From NCBI GenBank assembly GCA_951406725.2, contig OX597821.1:60760001-60824000 (forward strand): DNA of 64,000 nucleotides, in the 5' to 3' direction. Source of the stretch: Octopus vulgaris. Lineage: Eukaryota. Below the pieces are notes generated by a model. That model was given only the letters and a program-made list of their open reading frames with translations, made no database searches and had not been told where the DNA came from. The position numbers and the translations under genes are program-made. Each line of letters begins with the position of its first letter. Position 1 is the stretch's first letter. Below, in pieces: positions 56,575 to 64,000 of this stretch.

Positions 56575-57860
56575 AATGTATTTTAAAGGATAAAGATGAA
56601 AGGCATTTGAAAAAGCTATTTGGTCAATCGTGGACAATGGAGACTGGAGCGAGGTGGATATATAGGAAGAACTAAGGTCAAAGATACGAGCTGAAATTTG
56701 AATGAGTGACGTTCGTTTTTACTTCCCATCAATGTATTATTGTGAATTTGCTGCTCTGTCAATCTCTTCACCAACCACACTCGCAAAATACTATTCAAAT
56801 GGTTTTATTGAAACTCACTTGAACGCAAACAACAAACATATGTAAGTGTGGAACCTCTGCAGCTACTCTGCTCTCTGATAATATTCCTCAGGAATGCAAC
56901 ACCTTAACTAAGTTAATTACCTACAACAAAGTTTGTAAAATTTTGAAGACGAGAATAATGTGTCGAGCAACACCTTAACGTCAGAGAGAAAAGGAGGTTG
57001 TGAGGTTGTGTTCTCTCAGTTAGAGAGATATAACATCTACCGTTTCGTTATATCTTTGTTGCAGACCATTTTCATCAAAGTCATATTCTCTGAGTAGAAA
57101 CGGTTTTACTATTTTTGATGAAACTCGTTGCTGAAAAAACTTCATTCTCCTATCGGCAGATGAATTTATCCAAATTTGTGCGAACTATTTTGATGTAGAC
57201 TACGACAAATTTTCTCGTAACTGGTTTTTACTTGGTAATTACTCATAATTAATAAAAGCAGCAATAAGCAATATTAACAGACATTGTTACAAAAATAATC
57301 TTTATTATAATGATTATGACACTGACGTCAACGAGGATGATAATGGCAATGTAGATGATAATGATTAGGAGGTGAGGAGGGAAAGAAAGAGGATGTAGAC
57401 AAAGGGCAGGATGAAAAAAATTATCTATCGAGTAAAGTGTCTGTCTGTCTGTCTGTCTGTATGTATGTATGTATGTATGTATGTATGTATGTATGTATGT
57501 ACACAGACACACGCGTCGCACATATATATATTTATGTGCGTGTGTGTGAAAGAGAACACATACACATAACACCAACACGCTCCCTCATCAGATATTGTTT
57601 GCTGCGACTGACATCTCTCCCTAATTAGACTATTAATTCTTGTTTATCATAATAATATGACGTCATATAACAGCTGGTAGGTGTAGATACGTGCTTAAAA
57701 TGTTAACGTTGCAACAATTGGGTCTGGATTCGATCCCTTCGTGCAGCGACTTGTAGATTTGGTTGACCTTGAGAGCAGAACTAGGTAGATGAAAACTGAG
57801 CGTGAGCCAGTCATATCTACATGTATGTATGTATGTATGTATGTATGTATGTATGTATGT

Positions 57861-57960
57861 CATTTCTCAGTTTTATTTCAAGATTTCTTACCAATAGAGA
57901 AAGAGCCAGTTTCTAACCTTTAGGTTAGAAATCATTGGAATTTCAACATCAACAACAGGC
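57861..57960 (-). mobile_element. 3' end of (CATA)n-associated LINE variant
   Basis: Matches 12825-12900; (TATG)n on both sides. Confidence 0.65.
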
Positions 57961-58009
57961 TATGTATGTATGTATGTATGTATGTATGTATGTATGTATG
58001 TATGTATGT

Positions 58010-58680
58010 GTGTCTCTTCTATTCTTTAATTATTATATGTCTTCCACTGAGGAGGGAACCGGTTTCCAACAAAGATACAAGGCTCCATCATTGGGATGTA
58101 GTTAACACAGACAAATTCACATTTGGAACTTGTATATTTTTACTGTTCCACTCACAGATTAGACTTGTAAAGTACGATTCAGTCGGTCAGTTATTTTTTC
58201 TGAAAATCTTAGTTTCTTCCGATTTTCCTTTAAGCATTTACGAACAAAACCTAGTGCTCCAATTATTATTGGTATGAATATGAATTCATAGTCTGGATAT
58301 AGAAGCTGGAGATTTCGAAACAGTCGTCCATAGATATCCTCTTTTTCTTTGATTTTCAAAGAGATATTTATATCTGCAGGTCTGCTAACCTCTATGATGG
58401 TACATACCTTTGTCTCTCTGTCACAAACAATAATATCCGGCCTGTTAGGCTTACGTTTGAGAGAAGTTTTGATGGGAATATTCCACCAGTATTCCTTGTG
58501 TTGGTGTTTAGGAATGTATTCCATAACAGAGGGATTTTCTAAGTTTATTTCAGGACAGTCTTCTTTGCAGATGGCATTGTAAATTATTTTAGCAACATCT
58601 TGCTGTATAGGGAAGTAGTATCGTAACGGCATTTTAGGACAGCTGCTAATCACATGCGTAATGTGATTTTATAGTCCCAT
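58010..58680 (-). mobile_element. RLE LINE 3' fragment ending in (CATA)n
   Basis: 164-aa ORF HVISSCPKM..WWNIPIKTS..NRPDIIVCDRETKVCTIIEVSRP..KEKEDIY..PIIIGALG (end of CCHC finger plus PD-(D/E)xK nuclease); 3' UTR followed by (CATA)n. Confidence 0.92.
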
Positions 58681-58787
58681 GTATCGTGGTCATTTGTAGC
58701 CTATGAATTAAGGATTTCCGTTCTCTCTCTAAGAGCCTCATTTCAGACAAACTTTGCTCCATGTATGTATGTATGTATGTATGTATG

Positions 58788-58818
<31 letters not shown>

Positions 58819-58902
58819 GTATGTATGTATGTATGTATGTATGTGTGTATGTATGTATGTATGTATGTATGTATGTATGTATGTATGTATGTATGTATGT
58901 AT

Positions 58903-59178
58903 GTCTCTTCTATTTTTAAATTATAATGAATCTTCCACTGAGGAGGGAGCCGGTTTCCAACAAGGATACAAGGTTCCATCTTTGGGATGTAATTAACACA
59001 GACAAATTCACATTTGGAACTTGAGAAAAGTTTTGCATATTTTTACTGTTCCTCTCACAGATTTAACTTGTACGAATCAGCGGGTCAGTTTCTCTTTCCG
59101 AACATCCCAGTTTATCCAGATTCTTCTTTAAGCATTTACTAACAAAACTTAGTGCTCCAATTATCATTGGTATGAATA
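58903..59178 (-). mobile_element. second, shorter copy of the same LINE 3' end between (TATG)n tracts
   Basis: Aligns with 58010-58282. Confidence 0.88.
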
Positions 59179-59787
59179 TGTATGTATGTGTGCTGAGAAG
59201 GTCCTGGTTTTAAGGGTATCACGAAAGGGCCAACTTTCGAGTTCTTTTACAAGGCTTAGAAAAACTGAAGGATCGCTGCAATAAGTGTGTGAATCTGAGG
59301 GGATAATGTTGGATAAAATCATCATTAACGTATCCCCTCGTATTTGTAATGAATTTGTTTATTCTAAAGCGAGAACAATTGCCTCGTGATCGAGGATTCA
59401 TGGGTATTTTGCCAGTTCTTATAAAAAAAAACGGGATTAATTAGTCATGAACGATCATGCGCTGGACTAAGCAAGATAAAGTCCAAAAACAAGACCAAAA
59501 ACCAAACGCGTCAAAACAAGAGTTGTAGGTCATAGGAGTCGGGGTAGGGGGGCATATAAGAATGCACGAAAAAGCAGTTGGAGAGTTAGTCGAAATCCCA
59601 TCATAAAGTTGCTATATTCGTTGGATAGGAGGCAAATGCGAAGTATGCCTGTATGTATGTATGTATGTATGTATGTATGTATGTATGTATGTATGTATGT
59701 ATGTATGTATGTGTGTGCGTGTTTGTGTGTGTGCGTGTTTATGTATATGTTTGTGAGTGTATGTATGTATGCATGTGTGTATGTAAG

Positions 59788-60102
59788 CAGTGGCGGACTG
59801 AGTCTAAAAATATTAGTTGCTAGGAGACTAAGTGGGCCCACCAGCAACTACAATAGGGCCAACCCCCCATCTACAAGGGGGCCACACCCGCAACTACAAT
59901 GCTATCATTTAATTTCTTTTGTTAAAAGTATTCTTTACAACTGTCTACAAACACAGCCAGGCTGAAATAATTAATGCACTCTTCCAGGAGTGAATAAAAA
60001 ATTGTCAAACTTTAGGGTATGGGCCCTTTAGTTATATGGATTATAATGACGCAGCGGCCCACTTTCTATCGGGAAAGCTGACAACATGGCCAGTCCGCAA
60101 AC

Positions 60103-60104
<2 letters not shown>
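59788..60104. mobile_element. hAT-type MITE
   Basis: Termini cagtggcggactg / cagtccgcaaact. Flanks tatgtaag and tatgtatg are compatible with an 8-bp target duplication, though they lie in a microsatellite. Confidence 0.6.
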
Positions 60105-60134
<30 letters not shown>

Positions 60135-60686
60135 TGTATGTATGTATGTATGTATGTATGTATGTATGTATGTATGTATGCATGTATGTATTATGTATGT
60201 ATGTCTGTATGTATGTATGTATGTATGTATGTATGCCTGGTTGAAGTGAGGCATGAATTCTCGGTGTCCGCAACAATTGTTTTTGAAAATTGTAGATAGA
60301 CACGAACATGGATAGATCTCGCGACCAAAATATATCAATATATATGTATATTTTTTTTGAGATTTGAAGAATAAATATTGATCACAGAGCAATAGGATGC
60401 CTCGAAACGCACAATTACGCGCAAACCGCACGCGCACACAAACACACACACATACACACGCGCACGCACACATACATACATACATACGTACACACATACA
60501 TACACAGACACACACACACACATACATATATATATATGCATTCATATTCACATATGTCCACATACTTAAAAGTATATTTTAGTTACATTTACATCAACAC
60601 ATTTACACATATATAAAAATATATTTATTTACATTCAATCATAGTTTATATGTATTGTTTGTTTATATGTAGATACACACACCGCA

Positions 60687-60774
<88 letters not shown>

Positions 60775-61763
60775 TTAGCACTTGCTAAGTCTTAGCTCTG
60801 TATGTATGTGTTATCGCGGTTTACTCCATGTGCGTTAATAGGATTTATACGTATTCATGGAGTAGATATAACTATTCACAAATGCATCCATATACACATA
60901 CATAAATTTTTACATGCACAGGCATACATTCATACTCATAAACGTATCACATCTCTTGTGACAGAAGTTTACTAGTTGCGAGGACATCATATGTCCAGAG
61001 TTTGTAACGCAAGCCACTCAAAGACAAACACATAAATAGTAACAAATACAATGGAACACACAGGCACACGTCATACATTCGGTGTAAAATTTCCACTCAC
61101 TAAAACACAATACATACGTATGTACATACATAGATAGATACATACATACTTATGTATGTATATATACATTTATGTATACGTGTATAAAGATACATATAAA
61201 TAGTGAAATAAAAAGCTAGATCAAGCGGAGTACGTAGGAGATAAAATATAAATATATAATACCAATATAAAACCTGAGGTAGATATAGACATCATACGAG
61301 ACACAACACAAAATCAGGCATATAAAACAGATAACTACCTACCAACTCTCTTAGAACGTATAAACTTATGTAAATGAGAATTCTGTAACCAGTATCACAA
61401 GAATCTATTCAACAAGAAAAAATATAAAAAAAAAAGTGTTGGGGAAATCATATAACATTAGCAATAAAGTGGTATTTTATGTCAAGAACCAATGATTTAG
61501 AATAAATTCTATGTTAAGAGTACTTTAGTCATTTTGAAGACCAACACTAAAGAATATTTCTACACCATATCCAATATAACACGTTTCATTGTTATAGTGA
61601 ACATAACTCAATACATTTTTATTTTAAATAGATCCATTTCTGTTAAAATAGTTTTTGGGTCGCATTTATCAAACGTTGCATTGTTTATTGTTGTTTTTAT
61701 GCTCCTTGACTTAATTTTACTACACATACTTTATATATATGCATATATATATATGTATATATA

Positions 61764-61838
61764 TAATATGACATATTATATATATATATATATATATAAT
61801 ATGACATATTATATATATATATATATATATAATATGAC

Positions 61839-61878
<40 letters not shown>

Positions 61879-61882
61879 GACA

Positions 61883-61885
<3 letters not shown>
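61764..61885. repeat. minisatellite, 4 x (aatatgacatatt + (TA)n)
   Basis: Directly visible; period ~33-43 bp. Confidence 0.85.
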
Positions 61886-61921
<36 letters not shown>

Positions 61922-61928
61922 GTATATA

Positions 61929-61971
<43 letters not shown>

Positions 61972-61978
61972 TTATATA

Positions 61979-62023
<45 letters not shown>

Positions 62024-62669
62024 GTATATATGTATATATATATATAATGTTTATTTGTTTCTTTATTACTTTATTCCTCACGTACCAAAAACATGTCTGT
62101 GTGATTAACAAGTTCGCTTCGATTCGCATGGTTCCAGTTTCGATCTCACGTGATTTCTAGTACGTCTATCCTCGTTCATCATGCGTGTTTGTTTTCAAAT
62201 AACATCGTGATCAATGAATTAAATCAGAACATCATCGATTATCGTACATTTTAAGCTAATGAAAGAGCTTTTAAACGGCCAAGAGGTAGAGACTTAAATG
62301 CCTTCAAATTACTCCTGAAGAAGCTAATATAATAATGCAGTTAAACATATACTATATAATATATCTTCGTTTATCACGGATGTTTGATTTAACATAAATA
62401 CATCGTGTTAAATGGATCAGTGATAAATGAATAATAGAACATATTGGACTAAATATGTTTCGACCTGAAACGCCAAGTTGCCTTGAGCATTGTGGAACGT
62501 TGCTATGGCGCGCTTTTGTGATCCAAGCAGAATCTTCGATTGATCGCCGACCAGTTTTATCCCAGACCTATTCGCAATAAGCGCGACACGAAACCACAAC
62601 GTACCGTGTTATTCCGAATGAGTGATGAGTAAATCAGTGCTGACTGAAGATAGATGTATTTTTCTATAG

Positions 62670-62816
62670 TGTAACCCAAGCGCTATGAAACTGTGTGGAG
62701 TCCATTTGGATGTAACCTATCTGATCTTGAGTGTCAGAACTAATGCTCAATGCAGTTTAACACCTCCGCTTAGCACATGGGTGCCCTTAGAGGTTCACTC
62801 TGACGCGAGCATTCAG
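62670..62816 (+). other. candidate plus-strand exon (147 nt), possibly spliced to an acceptor at 63396
   Basis: Acceptor tatttttctatag, donor CAG|GTGAGA, open 49-codon frame; a strong T-tract-cag acceptor follows at 63395. Confidence 0.25.
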
Positions 62817-62968
62817 GTGAGATTTTTTGTCTGGGAATAATTCGATATTATTATACGTCTCTCCTGCAACGTAAGAATATAGCCGTTCCTACTTATTTAC
62901 ATCATCAGTCTTTGAAGAACTGCAGTTAGACATGAATGTTGTCCTACCATCCCTGCTTAAGCGTTAAC

Positions 62969-63050
<82 letters not shown>

Positions 63051-64000
63051 GTCTGTCTGTCTGAATGTCTGTCTGTCTGTCTGTCTATCTGTTTGTCAGC
63101 CTGCCTTCTTGATTGACTAAATTCTATGTAATTAGCTATATATGCCGCATACTCTTCGTCTCTTTCGTTTTATCCCCTACTGAATCATCTTTCTCCATGC
63201 CTATTACACGAATATATGTATATATGTGTACACACACACACGCATATATATATACATATATATATGTGTGTGTGTGTGTGTAGAACCCTGCCTCTCTACC
63301 ACTTTATCAAACACACACCAACGTACGCATATTAATATGCGTATACATATCTGAACCCATCCATTTATTTATGTACATATTCTTTTTTTTTTCAGATTGG
63401 AGAAGAAATTATCCATATTTGGACTATAACAACTGTGTCTTCATATAAATAGATTTCAAGTTAGTATCATTGTATATAAATATGTTTCTTGTGTAATTTC
63501 AAAGCACAGCAGTTTTCCTTCAAAACCTTGTTCTAAATTCTATACGATACTATCTAATTAAAACCACAGTAAATAAGATTATTTGTCTGTTCATGAAGCT
63601 GGTCGTTACAAGATTTTTAGTGATACAGATTTCAAATATTTTAAGATTAATTGAATACATATGTGTTTCATTTACACGAAATGTTTTTGCATCTATTGCA
63701 AGTGTATTAGTTTTGCACATAAAATATACATTAGACATTTTGTATGATCCACATATAGTTTAATGTTTTGACATTTCTGTCATATATCCGCACGGTTGTC
63801 AAAGAGTACATTTCGCAACTAGGTGTGTGTGTGGACAAGCACTAAATATGGTTTGGTTGGCCCTTTTTCTGTTGGTCGACGGCATTGCAAAGATAGTATT
63901 TGAACCCCTTCTGCTGTGCCTAAGCTGTTTTTAAAAGCAAGTGTCTTGTCCCAGATTAATCATAACCGTACATATCTACATTAGGATCTTCCCATTCCTC

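Overview
AT-rich eukaryotic (animal) DNA dominated by microsatellites and interspersed repeats. The SINE families and the density of (TA)n/(CA)n/(TATG)n/(TATC)n suggest an octopus (coleoid cephalopod) genome, which is an inference. Nearly all ORFs in the supplied track are microsatellite artefacts. Reading splice signals directly gives a probable spliced protein-coding gene on the minus strand: five phase-compatible exons at 38204-38084, 35703-35572, 29169-29129, 23746-23638 and 23346-23254 encode a ~165-aa C-terminus I cannot assign to a family, and weaker candidate exons lie upstream. The rest is a repeat landscape: three tRNA-type SINE families (some multimeric or nested); several restriction-like-endonuclease (RLE) LINE relics (R4/Dong-like, HERO-like) sitting in specific microsatellites, including a (CATA)n-associated group; an L1/Tx1-type RT relic; mariner/Tc1/pogo/hAT derivatives with TIRs; Penelope-like ends with degenerate hammerhead-like motifs; a possible Helitron relic; a near-perfect 300-bp direct repeat; and several long hairpins. 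I see no prokaryotic features, CRISPR arrays, rRNA genes or true tRNA genes.
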